A DNA stretch of 63,931 bases, counting the filler, from Dirinaria sp. TL-2023a (Eukaryota): the NCBI GenBank assembly GCA_051941275.1. It is 57 parts of 57 records of this genome, joined end to end, with 100 filler letters (N's around TTAATTAATTAA, not from the genome) between each part and the next. Parts side by side here need not be neighbours in the genome. Positions count along the whole stretch, not along the records: positions 1 to 1,043 come from JAVEBF010003048.1; positions 1,144 to 2,186 come from JAVEBF010003049.1; positions 2,287 to 3,328 come from JAVEBF010003050.1; positions 3,429 to 4,469 come from JAVEBF010003051.1; positions 4,570 to 5,609 come from JAVEBF010003052.1; positions 5,710 to 6,749 come from JAVEBF010003053.1; positions 6,850 to 7,889 come from JAVEBF010003054.1; positions 7,990 to 9,028 come from JAVEBF010003055.1; 49 more parts are not named here. The stretch is one strand, 5' to 3'. Shown in pieces: positions 1-11,866 of the stretch; within the stretch, counting starts at the first letter, position 1; every line of letters begins with the position of its first letter. The notes under the pieces were generated by a model. It made no database searches. It saw nothing but the letters and a program-made list of their open reading frames with translations, and was not told the DNA's origin. Made by a program: the position numbers and the translations under genes.

Positions 1-501
1 CGTCATCATAATACTGCGAAAGTCGAGCAAAAAAAACTACACAGATTTCTCAGCATATAAATCTATAGCTCTTCTCGACACACTGAGCAAGACACTAGAA
101 TTTATTATCTCGAAACGTCTACGCTACGTCGTCGAGAAACAAAGCACACTATCGAACACGCAGATGAGAATCAAAAAACATCGATCGATAAACACAGCAT
201 TACAGCTCATAACGAAAAAAATGCATACGATATGAAACGAAAACAAGAAACGTGTGACATCATTAATGAATCTGAACGTTTTCGAAGCATTCGATAACGT
301 ATCGCACGTTAGATTGCTTCACAATATGCGCAAACGAAAGATATCGACACGTCTGTTGACATGAGTGAAAGACTTTCTGAAGAAACGTCGAATCACACTG
401 ATTATTGACGATTACACGCAAACGAAACGTCAAGTGACAGTTGAAATATCTTAAAAATCTTCGCTCTCATCGATATTTTATCTGTTCTATAACGCAGATC
501 T
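1..501 (+). mobile_element. Decayed Tad1-like LINE reverse transcriptase fragment
   Basis: Frame 2 reads ILRKSSKKNY..AYKSIALLDTLSKTLE..EAFDNVSH..EIS*KSSLSSIFYLFYNADL, a mutated form of RKPGK..YRPIALL..GIPQGSPLSPILYLFYNADL. Confidence 0.9.
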
Positions 502-790
502 TGTCAGGATCTGCACAGCGCTCAATGGCATATGGATACAAATAGACTAGGACACTAACTATGAAGAAGAAAAGGAAAGGAAATCTATCTACAGGAAAAC
601 TCAAATAGGGGCCCGAAGTAATATCGGTCCGAGAACGCTAGGCCTGATAAGGCAAAATCAAACCACCTCTAACAAAACATCTGATATAGACCAAACCACA
701 TACCAAGGACCTTTCTTCAGGGTTCAGAGAGTCATGTGATCTGATCTAAGATGCTACAGATCTAGATTCATGACATTACCCCTCTTCTTC
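502..790 (-). mobile_element. LTR (family A, 502-775) with adjacent polypurine tract; 3' end of an LTR retrotransposon inserted into the LINE
   Basis: TGTCA..TGACA termini; reverse complement of 776-790 is GAAGAAGAGGGGTAA; shares ends with 11620-11866, 18702-18921 and 55424-55719. Confidence 0.8.
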
Positions 791-1043
791 AATAAGCAAC
801 GTCCCTGTTGCGATTAAAATAAGATTCTTTCGAAGTATAATCAGATCAATCAGGATTTTTTTTTTTTAAAACCATTTAGCGTGTCTCGAGAAATCGCACG
901 TGATTTTCAGATTTTAGACTTCAGTTTTCTTTTATGATCATAGCTTGACCGCGTGAGGATCCTCTGATGCTTTTGTATGTAAATTTCTGCGAAATTGATC
1001 GAGCTATAATCAAGGGTTGCAGTCTTTATGTGTGCCTCAGACT

Positions 1044-1143
1044 NNNNNNNNNNNNNNNNNNNNNNNNNNNNNNNNNNNNNNNNNNNNTTAATTAATTAAN
1101 NNNNNNNNNNNNNNNNNNNNNNNNNNNNNNNNNNNNNNNNNNN
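1044..1143. other. Artificial contig linker (N44-TTAATTAATTAA-N44); first of 56 copies
   Basis: Identical 100-bp spacer with stops in all six frames recurs every ~1.1 kb; contig lengths decrease steadily along the window. Confidence 0.99.
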
Positions 1144-1188
<45 letters not shown>

Positions 1189-1191
<3 letters not shown>

Positions 1192-2186
1192 GCATTTTCA
1201 AAGTCATTCAGAAGATTCAGCGTCTTTCTTTAGCGATCTACACGTCAAAGAGATCCGAGCGCATGATACGAATTCACGATCTAGTTCAACTTTTTTTATA
1301 ATCGAAGCTTATCGCTGCAAACGAGCGAGAGCAGTGACTTGAGATGAGAATATGCATTGTTTGCAAGACTTTCGAGAAAAAAAATCAAAAAACGTTGATC
1401 TTTACAAAACTGAAGTCGATATGATCAATTTATCAGTCATATCGAGTTTATGAAGAGTTTTGTTGTAACAGCGATACATTGATATTGATATATGTTGACC
1501 AATGCAGACTAGCGCCGGCTGGACGTCGGTTGTCAAGAATCATAGTCATGGGTAGACGCCATGTGTATAAGAATTATACATGCGTCTTCGGATCGTCAGC
1601 TCCCGAAGACCAAGCTCTTTAGCCTACGCAAGCGTCAGTGAAAAGTCAGCGCTTGTAAGATACTATATCTGCTGATTCTCTATTATCTAGCATCAGCTGA
1701 TCATGATGAGGCATGATGACGAAGTGATGTTAGGAGTCGCAGTTATGTATAGCAGATCACTCACTCTTTCTTGAGATCCTTAGTGATTAGTTCTAGCAAG
1801 AACTATAGTACTAGATAGCAAACCAATTTATTACACTATCACGTCTTTCACATAGTACGGGTCAGCATGTAGCAGACCAGTACGACCTTACATTTGTAGT
1901 ATAGTATGAACTTCGCAATGCTACATTGCTAGATGCGAGCATGTAAATCGCGATATATGTCGACGAATGTGATTTTTATCACAAAGCGACAAATATGTAC
2001 AAAAGAACATGAAAGCGAAAAAAAGTCGTTATAAATGAGAAGCATCTAGACATGCTAACTAGCATGAAAAATCTTGTCTTCATCTGAAAAGAGCAAGACT
2101 AAAATGCAAAGACTACGAATTTGATGAATGAATGTGCATATTTACGAATTCGAATCTTAAACGTCAACTATCTCGATATATTATTC
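1189..2186 (+). pseudogene. Hypermutated fungal NLR (NB-ARC winged-helix region plus TPR repeats), interrupted by a solo LTR
   Basis: IRIHDLVQL (MHD-like motif) near 1265; INEKHLDMLTSMKNLVFI*KEQD*NAKTTNLMNECAYLRIRILNVNYLDIL at 2031-2186 matches the fungal TPR pattern LGEEHPDTLTSMANLAFTWKGQGR; in-frame stops. Confidence 0.8.
1464..1892 (+). mobile_element. Solo LTR (divergent relative of family C) with 5-bp TSD TTTGT
   Basis: TGTAACA..CTTACA; TTTGT at 1459-1463 and 1893-1897; 5' and 3' parts similar to 19685-20096. Confidence 0.9.
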
Positions 2187-4244
2187 NNNNNNNNNNNNNN
2201 NNNNNNNNNNNNNNNNNNNNNNNNNNNNNNTTAATTAATTAANNNNNNNNNNNNNNNNNNNNNNNNNNNNNNNNNNNNNNNNNNNNGGGGGAGAATTGTA
2301 AGGAAGACCACATATCGTTACTAAAATGATATGCTCTGCTAGATCAGTGAGATTTTACCACCAACATATGACGCTCAAGTCCCAGCTCCTCTCGTCCTGC
2401 ATTATTTGTCGTAAAGCAGTTTTGTGATCGCGGGATATGAGCTTAAGGATTCTATAAACGATGATAGACTGGCACCTACAGCATTAGCTCATCATGCGAT
2501 CGCGTACACCACAACTTACTATGATCTATCACAGCTTACCATCATAGCCCAACGCTTTTGCTAGCTATTAGGCGGATCTTTCTCATTAAATCTACAATAC
2601 TTTCGTTTGTCGTGCCAATCGCGTGATAATTTCCAAGGCTCTTAACTGCTCATAGAAGGAATTGGAGTAGTAATGGCCCGACATTCCTCGATCCACTTAA
2701 GCAGTAACGGCTACAGCAGTACATCAAAATCTTTCACTACAGATTTGAATGGCTAGGTCGTTAGCCCGAGGACTATATTCTAGATCAATAGATGCCACTT
2801 ACAACCGGGCTGTCTAGCTGCTTTGAGGCCGTACTGAATGCGTTCACTACTCACATTCATATTTGCAACCCAGATCCAGGCTGGGGACAGTAATGAGCAA
2901 TGCTATGCCCCTTGGAAGTTGATTGATCCAAACTTGCTTGACGACATCGTGGGAGACGCTAGCTGGTGCGTGCAGACACGGATGGAGAGTTCTTTTCACT
3001 GCCAGAAGACGTTTTTAGGGTTTAATCAGGGTTTTTGTCGAAGGTAGATAGTAGTTCGACTGGTTCCATTGTATATTCTCGAAAGCATTAGGTAGAAGAA
3101 CTACAAATCTGGCAGTCGATAAATACAGTCCAGGTTTTTAGCTAGTAAACTTTTGTTGATTCCGCTTTCATATCTAGATAGTTGACGCGCCACAGGCGCC
3201 TGGATTACCCGGCATGAGGGTCATCCCTTCTCTGATATGACCTAATATGGGTGAGCAAAGCAAACAAGAGCAGACTCTAAGGCGATGTGGAGGCTACGTC
3301 TGCTATGGAAGGATATAACAAAGACAAGNNNNNNNNNNNNNNNNNNNNNNNNNNNNNNNNNNNNNNNNNNNNTTAATTAATTAANNNNNNNNNNNNNNNN
3401 NNNNNNNNNNNNNNNNNNNNNNNNNNNNCTTAGATAAGCCAATGCCAAGGCTGGGGAGCTCAGCCTGGAAGCCGAGCTGTGTAGGCGGTCTTCCAACAGG
3501 AGAATTCTGTCACTCATTATTACTCCGTACATGTGTCGTGTATTGGTTTTCATGTCGAGCGATATCAGCAAAAGCGCTGGCCCTTCGAAGGTACTCGTTG
3601 AGGAGGTATTTAATTGAGCTGGAAGACCAGATGTTAATTTGACAATGCCAATCCAGAAAGCGTCCGGGCAAGAAACGAATTGATGATTGATCGTCAGCCT
3701 CAGCAACCTCGATGTTTGCCTTGGCTGCAACAATGCCGTTGGTGGACTGCTGGAACAATTTTTCCTAGATACATGGATTGATGGTCACTTCGAGGATGGT
3801 TGTGCGGGGCAACATCATTCGGAGCTCCTGTTGAGCGACTGCCAGTTAAATGTACGTTGCGAAAGTCGGGTTTACCTTAACGGGCAGACTATCAAACGCG
3901 GGTCTCGATCTTATCGGCAAGTGAGCTCATCCATTATTCGCTGGCCGATGTGATGATGTCACTCGGCATACTGCATAGAGCTCGCCGTTACACACGTGCT
4001 TTCGTCTTTCCGAGATGCACATGTGGGGTTGATCTGCCGCGGTCTTACCTGTAGATTCTCGGCTCAATTACATTCCATTATTTGTTCGCTGCATCGCTAA
4101 AGTAAGTATCAGTGCTAAGGTACGAGGACACACTTGGATTCTTTTTCATCTCTTCTTTCTTGAGGCTTCCTTATTCCTTTTCTCTGCGGGCTCGCGCTTA
4201 TACCAATTATCCTTCCGTAATCGACACCTTTTTGGAGATCCAGA

Positions 4245-4469
4245 ATGGAGATCGATACTCCATCCAACAAAAGCAGTCCAACGCACATCGAGGGAGCTTC
4301 GAGCAAGTCCCATGAAAACTCCCATGGCGCCCTCTCCGGCCCCGCTCTGGTTGCAGCTATCACCTCGGTCTGTTCTTCAGGCTTTCTGCTCTTCGGCTAT
4401 GACCAAGGGGTTATGTCCGGCGTGGTCATCTCCAAGATCTGGCTTGCGCAGATGGGTCACCCCAGCACC
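4245..4469 (+). CDS. MFS sugar porter, N-terminal fragment
   Basis: TM1 motif SSGFLLFGYDQGVMSGVV; truncated by contig end. Confidence 0.9.
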
Positions 4470-4733
4470 NNNNNNNNNNNNNNNNNNNNNNNNNNNNNNN
4501 NNNNNNNNNNNNNTTAATTAATTAANNNNNNNNNNNNNNNNNNNNNNNNNNNNNNNNNNNNNNNNNNNNGCGCCTATATAAAAACTTCGAAGTCGTACCC
4601 TGGACTGGGACGCTTTGCAAATAGAGTGAGATCGTTCGAACGACGTATAAATTAACGTTGGAGAGGTGGGAGTCAGCTTCAAGTTCGGAAGCAGACACAC
4701 AGTAAACCCTAGGGTCATTCTTGTGGTGGAAGC

Positions 4734-5430
4734 TCATTTTCCGATCTGGGAGGCTGAAGACCCGGGTGACGGGAAACAAAAAGACAAAATTGAGTGACAA
4801 CAAGTGCCATGCTCGCCGTGGGCAGCGATATATTGATTAGAGACTCGTTGGGAAATGTGTAGCGAAAGAGGAGTAGAGTAGCCACTATAGCTATCCCAAG
4901 CTTGATACTGGATCAGGTCAGCCATGTGGTCTAGCAGTACCGACGAATGTGTCACCTGCCCTCGTGGCGCATCAAGCTTCTCAAAAAAGCTATAGCTCGA
5001 TCTGGTCCATATCAAAAACACGCTATTTTATGGCGTTAGTAATTGGCAGACCTCAAGGAAGTACTAGTATCGATTGGACTCACACCCAACAATGGTTACT
5101 GGAGGCGGTCGGATCGCTTCTGAAGCACAAACAGCCGAAGGCAGAGAAGACCATGCAGGTGCCCCAAACAGCAAGCGGGTGTCCCTTGAGACGGACAAGA
5201 AGCTGAGCTGCTCCCAGGACAAGTAGAACCGGCACGAGGACGGCTAATGGAATTGGTATGACTGAAGCCGTATCGGCATCCATGGCAACGAGTCCATATG
5301 TCGGTAAAGGGGCTCCTATCGCGAGCCGCGGGAAAGCTGTAAGGATAACTGTCCAGCGAAAAACGCCATTTAGGATCACAGAGCCTAAGGCAATCCGGGA
5401 GACACGAGTTGGTGGAGTGGCGTATGCCAT
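4734..5430 (-). CDS. Hypothetical membrane protein, two exons
   Basis: Hydrophobic ORF joined in frame to the next ORF by a GTGAGT..CTAAC..TAG intron at 5023-5083. Confidence 0.45.
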
Positions 5431-5709
5431 GAATGATTGCATCGCTTTGCTTGTTCACTTGCAAAGTCAGATAGTATAGCCGTGTCAGTTAACCAACAGG
5501 AAGGTTGCGGAACACGGATGAAATTGTAGGGTGTAGGCGTGGTGTTTGGATAAGTGATGAGCATCTTGACAAAAGGTATGGAGGAAGCGCCGGAATAAAT
5601 AGCACTTTANNNNNNNNNNNNNNNNNNNNNNNNNNNNNNNNNNNNNNNNNNNNTTAATTAATTAANNNNNNNNNNNNNNNNNNNNNNNNNNNNNNNNNNN
5701 NNNNNNNNN

Positions 5710-6749
5710 CCTCAAAACATGCTGCCCCTAGCGCCAACAACTCCCTCTACCTATGCGGCCGATATCTGGAGTGGGTGGGTGGGAAAGCGCTTTGCGATGC
5801 GAAAATCGAGTGCGATTTGATGTTGAAGCAGGCGATGGAGCAATGATGATAGCCAACTCAAGGTGAGGCCCATGATGACCTAAATACACACTGCCAAGCC
5901 AACTGCCAAAATCTCACTGCTCATGCTGCTAACCGAATTGAGATAGACCTTGACGATATGCGACATGCGCAAGTTGCTTTGAGAGTATTGCTTTGCAATC
6001 ATTGCTTGAAAATTCAATGCTTGAAAATCAATGCTTTGAAATCAACAAAGCATTGCTTAAAAATCAACAATATATTGATCTAGATGACAATGTCAGCAAC
6101 GCACTCGATAGACATCTAGACACTTTTCTCTAGCCCTGCTAGACACTGAAATGCTTTCGATGCCTCATGAGACTAGCAAATATAGACACAAACGAGTGAA
6201 CTGAATTTGAGTCTCGTCGGCGTCAGAGACGTTTATCTAACAAGCAAACAAACGAAAACACGATCTCAAAACATGCTGTCTCCAGCGTCAACAACTCCCA
6301 AACCTCAAGTACGTTGATCAAAAAGAATGAAGGACAACGTCTAACGAGAAACACGAAGAACTTAACAGCAAAGACGCGAGACAGCATGTTGTAGAAAACG
6401 TGTGCTGCAATGCTAGTCGACAAAAAGAAAACGCAAAATAACATTACGTCATCACGTTTTGAAATTTTCGCGAGGAGTTCAAAATTTGCTTCACATCGCG
6501 ATCAACATAAAGTCGATAGACATCGAATTTTCATCGATCTAAGATGCGGATTTCGTCATCAGGAAGGCTCCGCAAATGTGCCTTCGTTGCTGCACCTCGA
6601 CGAAAGAAATAATCAGAATAATCGTCATCGATGTCGCATATCAGTTTTTTCAAAATGACGACGATGTGTTGTCGCGAAAACGACAGTCGCGATAATTGAA
6701 AAAGCGACGCATCAGAGAGTGCAGAATGCATCTCAAACAGATATTTTAA
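5710..6749 (-). mobile_element. 3' end of an Ngaro/DIRS-type tyrosine-recombinase retrotransposon (YR C-terminus 6444-6749 plus split direct repeats)
   Basis: YSDYFFRRGAATKAHLRSLPDDEIRILDR*KFDVYRLYV, a mutated form of YSGHSFRRGAAT..LGRWKSDAYRLY; repeat at 5710-5745 duplicated at ~6263-6299; homologous to 18209-19240. Confidence 0.85.
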
Positions 6750-6849
6750 NNNNNNNNNNNNNNNNNNNNNNNNNNNNNNNNNNNNNNNNNNNNTTAATTA
6801 ATTAANNNNNNNNNNNNNNNNNNNNNNNNNNNNNNNNNNNNNNNNNNNN

Positions 6850-7276
6850 TTTTTGATAGTGCAGTATTTGAATTGCAAGTGCTTTTAGAAGTGACGTTTA
6901 TCCTTTAACGCTTGACGAATTTGACTACATTTCTCATCGTCTTTACTGGCAAGCAGAATGCGATCATATATGAGAGTCTCTTTATCGTCAATAGAGAATA
7001 TTTGCACTTTATTCGATGACAGAAACATCTGATGTTGATATTTCAATCGATCGTCTTTCTTTTTAGATTTATTATTAGACTTGCGAGTGAGAGCATCGAC
7101 TTTGACATTCTTCGCATCGATTTGATACATTATCTTAAAATTGAACTCTGATAGTTTTTCGACTCATCGAATCTGACGACGAGTCAATTCTTTTGTTGTC
7201 ATAAAGTGTTTCAGAGATTTATGATTTGTGAATATCTTCACAGATAACTCGATTGTTTTTAATTCTGATCGTCTGT
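6850..7276 (-). mobile_element. Decayed Ty3/Gypsy pol (RNase H end)
   Basis: IFTNHKSLKHFMTTKELTRRQIR*VEKLSEFNFKIMY..NVKVDALTR. Confidence 0.9.
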
Positions 7277-7627
7277 TGTCATGATAGTTTGACCCTTACG
7301 ACCTAGTAACATATTACGTGAGATGGGTGGAAGCTTTCCCAAGGTTCTCTGAGGTCAGTAGAACTCAAGCGGATACTCGGAAACTTTTAGATGATTTGAT
7401 GTCATCGCTCTATAAGCGCTGCGTAGACTTCGGTACAATCTATCCGCAATACTGTCAAGTGATTGCGAGATCGTATAGAATAAAGAGGCCATTCTCATCT
7501 CGAGAACTTGAGTTTCTCAGTAATTAGTCTTGATAGCCATAGACTTCTTGTTTCCCATACTATTGCACATTGTCACATAACCTAGCTAGTACTTGATTTT
7601 CATAAGGAACTTCTTACTAGCATAACA
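7277..7627. mobile_element. LTR, family B
   Basis: TGTCATG..CATAACA termini; reverse-complement partial copies at 15944-16224 and 55278-55423. Confidence 0.85.
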
Positions 7628-7889
7628 AAAATGATCGAGACAATGATGTGATCGCAGCTGCAGTCGACACGAACTGAGAACAAGAAAGACGTCTTGAAAG
7701 AAGCGACATAGTATTAACACATCACGAGAAGCTCGAGAGACTCATTATCGAGACTGAGAAATTGAAAGCTCACTGCGAAAGAAGTGACAACTGCGTAGAC
7801 AGAATGTATAGAGTTTACTCAGACAGTCAAGTCTCACTAAAGATGATACACACAATGATCTCGACAACAGATCAGTCACGTCTACGACG
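7628..7889 (+). mobile_element. Decayed LINE RNase H domain
   Basis: DVIAAAV..THHEKLERL..RVYSDSQVSLK, matching GVGAA..xELxAI..IYSDSQAALK. Confidence 0.7.
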
Positions 7890-8670
7890 NNNNNNNNNNN
7901 NNNNNNNNNNNNNNNNNNNNNNNNNNNNNNNNNTTAATTAATTAANNNNNNNNNNNNNNNNNNNNNNNNNNNNNNNNNNNNNNNNNNNNGCTTCGGGACC
8001 TCGCGATGCGTGTGGCGGCGCTCGAACGCGGCTACCACGCCCTCGCCCGTCGCCTGGAAATCGTAGAGAACCGAAAGGTGCCTTCACCCGACACGGTATG
8101 TATTTTCTCGATATGTTATTTTATCCCCACTGATCCCAATTAGGTAGTCAGTGTGGCACGCGACTCGGCTGCCTTATTCCTCGAGGATCTGTCCTCGCTC
8201 GCCGGAAGCATGGCTTCGACGAGGTCCAGGGGTACCAGTAGATACAACAACCCCATATTCTCGAAGGCCTACCGGGATGCGGTGAAGCAGGAGTAATTAC
8301 TTTTGTAAATCGAGTTTAAATGCACAAATATTTCGGAGAGCTTTTAGGGAGTGAAGAAAACTATTCTGAACTGATAGAAAAGTCTAGACGGGCCCTGAGC
8401 ACAGTCCTAGACTAGTCCGACCACAGTCAAGTGACGAGCGACCGCTCGTTCAGCGTTCTGCTCCTCCAGTCGCAACTTGCACGTGACTTCAGCGACTATC
8501 TCGGTCGTCGTCGCTGGCTACACATACATAAGGTAAAATCCCGATAATTTCAGGGATATTTGGGGTATAGTAGAGGAATGTATATACATAAAATCGAAGA
8601 CTTTGGTATATGTTTGAGAGAACGGTTAAGAAAATGGAGAAAAATATAGGGAAAATTTGGTCCCCTGACA

Positions 8671-9028
8671 TGAAGGAGGGACGAGCAAGGAAGTGGGCTG
8701 CGAATCTACACGGGAAAATGTTCCTGTCCGAAGGAGCACCGCCACCGTACTTGACTAATTGGGAAGCATTTGTCGGGCAATTATTTCGAGCGTTCGGAGA
8801 CGCAACAATCCAGATAACGGCACAGCGGGCCATCGATAATATCAAACAAGGTTCAAGAAGCATTACGGAATTTATTATCGACTTCGAGATCCACGAGGAC
8901 GATACTGGCTATGACGAAACGGCCCTGATCTCCCGGTTCCGAAACGGGTTAAACAAAGAATTCTACAAAGCAGTCTACGACAGAAACGAGCTTCCAAAAA
9001 CTCTACAAGACTGGAAGGACTGCGTACG
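8671..9028 (+). mobile_element. Ty3/Gypsy gag capsid fragment, not hypermutated
   Basis: GRARKWA..WEAFVGQLFRAFGD..IKQGSRSITEFIIDF..ALISRFRNGLN (retrotransposon gag major-homology-like region). Confidence 0.85.
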
Positions 9029-9901
9029 NNNNNNNNNNNNNNNNNNNNNNNNNNNNNNNNNNNNNNNNNNNNTTAATTAATTAANNNNNNNNNNNNNNNN
9101 NNNNNNNNNNNNNNNNNNNNNNNNNNNNGATGGAGAGGAAGGCCCCGTTCAAAGGTCGTTCTAGCAGCGTGACTTGGTCATGCAGTCCTCTTGACTTGCT
9201 ATCCCACGCATAGTGCTCGTGATGCTGGAGTGTGCGAATAGTAATCCTCTTAGACGCAGTCGTTTCCGCCATCGCGTTCCAATCGATGGATTGGAGACTG
9301 AGAGGTGTTGAAGCAACTGCTTCCCGCCGCAGGCAGCAAGTGACATACATGAAGTTGCAGTCAAGATTGAAAATCTCTTCGGACTCGGAAGACAGGATGA
9401 AGCGACCTTATGAAATGAGCACTCTCACGACTCACCCCTCAGGCCTTCAGCACGCAATTTCGCCAATTCCTACGACATCAACTTGAGCCATTTTTTAAGC
9501 TCTGGTACCTGCAGGAAGTCGCGAAGTATTTCGAGTTTTCGACATGCCCCAGCTGTTGGCCAAGCAATGCTTATTTTGATGGGTTGACCCTTGGATGCAC
9601 AAGCACGACGGCCAATGTTTGAGGAGATCTTACGGTGAAGAAGCATTCACTCGGATGCTTGTGTCTACCAGTCGCGCCTTCCATTGGGAATTCTCATTGC
9701 CTCTTCGTGGTGCGCGATTTGGTGTGCGCAAATAACTTGTGGCTGTGCTTGCCCACTAGCGCGCACGCATACGACGCTCGTCGGGTTTCTCCTGAGAATG
9801 AACACCTCCTTGGGTGACTTTTCTTCCCTCTTCAACACCCACACTCGTTGCTGAGCCGTCAGTCTGTCGTTCCCTACATTTCCTTCGGCCTCACAATAAC
9901 C

Positions 9902-10141
9902 ATGTACACTGTCTTGCGATGGATCACCTATTGCCTGGCCGCCGGCGGCCTGGTGCAAAGCATCGACATCGACTTCACTTCCTCCGACTCCATCAAAAGC
10001 GCGTCGAGCACAATCGTCTACGACATGATGAACGGAAACTATCTTGGTAATCTGACCGGCGAGCCTCCCGGCATTTTAATACCTCCATACTTCTGGTGGG
10101 AAGCCGGCGCGATGTTCATGCATTTGGTGGATTATTACTAC
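9902..10141 (+). CDS. GH76 mannan endo-1,6-alpha-mannosidase (DCW1/DFG5-like), first exon
   Basis: Signal peptide, then SIKSASSTIVYDMM..PPGIL.PPYFWWEAGAMF..VDYYY; followed by a GT donor. Confidence 0.92.
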
Positions 10142-10265
10142 TGTCAGTCACGTCGCGTTCCTCCCNNNNNNNNNNNNNNNNNNNNNNNNNNNNNNNNNNN
10201 NNNNNNNNNTTAATTAATTAANNNNNNNNNNNNNNNNNNNNNNNNNNNNNNNNNNNNNNNNNNNN

Positions 10266-11302
10266 AACGCATCCCGCACAGCATCGAGATTACTCCGCAC
10301 ACTCATCCACTCTTCTCCTTCCCCATCTTCTCCGCCGCCGCCACCACCACCACCAAGGGGCGGGAAAAACGGATGATCACTGCCCCACATGACTTTATCC
10401 TTCCCGACCATCTCGACCGCCGCCCTGATCCCCGTAGCCCCGTACGCGACCCCGTCGAGGTATATATTCTGGCGCATCACGGTGCGAAGGGAGCGTTTGG
10501 GTCCTCGAACCCGTTCCCTTCGCCCACCATCACTATCGTCATGTTCATCATAAAACCCCCTCTCATGCTCGACACAACTCTGCACGCGGTCCGCGAGCCC
10601 GACCACCGCGCCGCCCGCGTGCGCCAGCAACACCCGCAAGCGGGGGAACCGGTCGAACACGCCGCTCAGCCACATCCTTGTAAATGCGGTGGTGGTTTCG
10701 AAGGGGAAGCCGAGGGAGAGGGGGAGCACGTGGCCTGATCCTTTTCCTCTGGAACTTGTTGGAGCTGAAGAAGAAGAAGAAGAAGAGGAAGAGAAAAGCG
10801 AATCCGGCACGCCGTAATGCGGATGGATGAATACCAATAACTGGGATTTTTCCAGCGCGGCCCAGATCGGGTCCAGTGCTGGGTCGTCTAGCCCGCCTCC
10901 CCCGTGACCTTGATCCTGATTTCTTTGAGAGTCGTGGTGGTACACAAGGCCCGCAGTACCGATAATCACGCCCCTGATCTTCGCCAGCGATGAAGATATA
11001 TATTCGATCTCGCCCACAATTCTATCGGCTGCAGGCGCGGAAAAGGGCAGCGTGCCGAAGGCGTAGATCTTTCCCCCTCCCTCTTCTTTTCCCTCTCCTT
11101 CAGTACTCAAAGAAGCCAGCTCCTCATTCACCCTCCTCGCCCACTTCCCACTTTCCTCGTCATCAGAGGACAAAAAATCCAGCCACGGGTTCGCGAGACT
11201 TAGGATCGAGGTTTTTATACGGTGGTGGCGCATGAATGACTGGATGCGGCGGAGGGAACTGTAGTCTTTTGTTAAAGGCCGGCCGAGTGCGGAGGGGGGG
11301 GT
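10266..11302 (-). CDS. Amidohydrolase_2 family; uracil-5-carboxylate (isoorotate) decarboxylase-like, partial
   Basis: SLANPWLDF, FIHPHYG, GHVLPLSLGFPFETT, LLAHAGG and GSDHPFFPP motifs. Confidence 0.88.
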
Positions 11303-11619
11303 NNNNNNNNNNNNNNNNNNNNNNNNNNNNNNNNNNNNNNNNNNNNTTAATTAATTAANNNNNNNNNNNNNNNNNNNNNNNNNNNNNNNNNNNNNNNNNN
11401 NNTTAATCACATCGATATCATGAGTGAACGATTCGTCTTCGACGATGAGCAGAGTTTGATCGACGACGAAATCAGAAAATCGTGAGTGTAGATAATAAAT
11501 CATACTACGGAGAGTTTCTGTTTCTGTATCTCTCACGAAGTGATCTCGATTGCGATCGAGCTTGATGTGACAATTAAAAAGGAACGAGCGTAATTTCTCG
11601 CGTTTGATCTCATCGAATT

Positions 11620-11866
11620 TGTCATGACCTGCACAGCGCTCATAGGTATATGAATACTACTAGACTAGGATACTAAGTATAAGGAAGAGAAGAAGGAAAA
11701 AATCAGAAGAAGCAGAAGTATAAGTACAGGAGGTGCAAGTAACAAATAGGGGGTCGGGTATGCGGGTAACACGCCTAGGAGGGTATAGTACAAAACCCCT
11801 TAATATCAGAGTCCTCAGGGTCCTCCAGGGTCTACACATAGGTGCTTCCAGGTCAGGTTCATGACA
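11620..11866 (-). mobile_element. LTR, family A
   Basis: TGTCATGA..TCATGACA termini; shared CTGCACAGCG and CCAGGTCAGGTTCATGACA ends. Confidence 0.85.

Noticed and set aside
7318..7527. Repeated small ORFs (here and 15974-16195; also 39886-40068 and 53027-53299)
   Set aside because: They recur only because they lie inside repeated LTRs; no evidence of coding function
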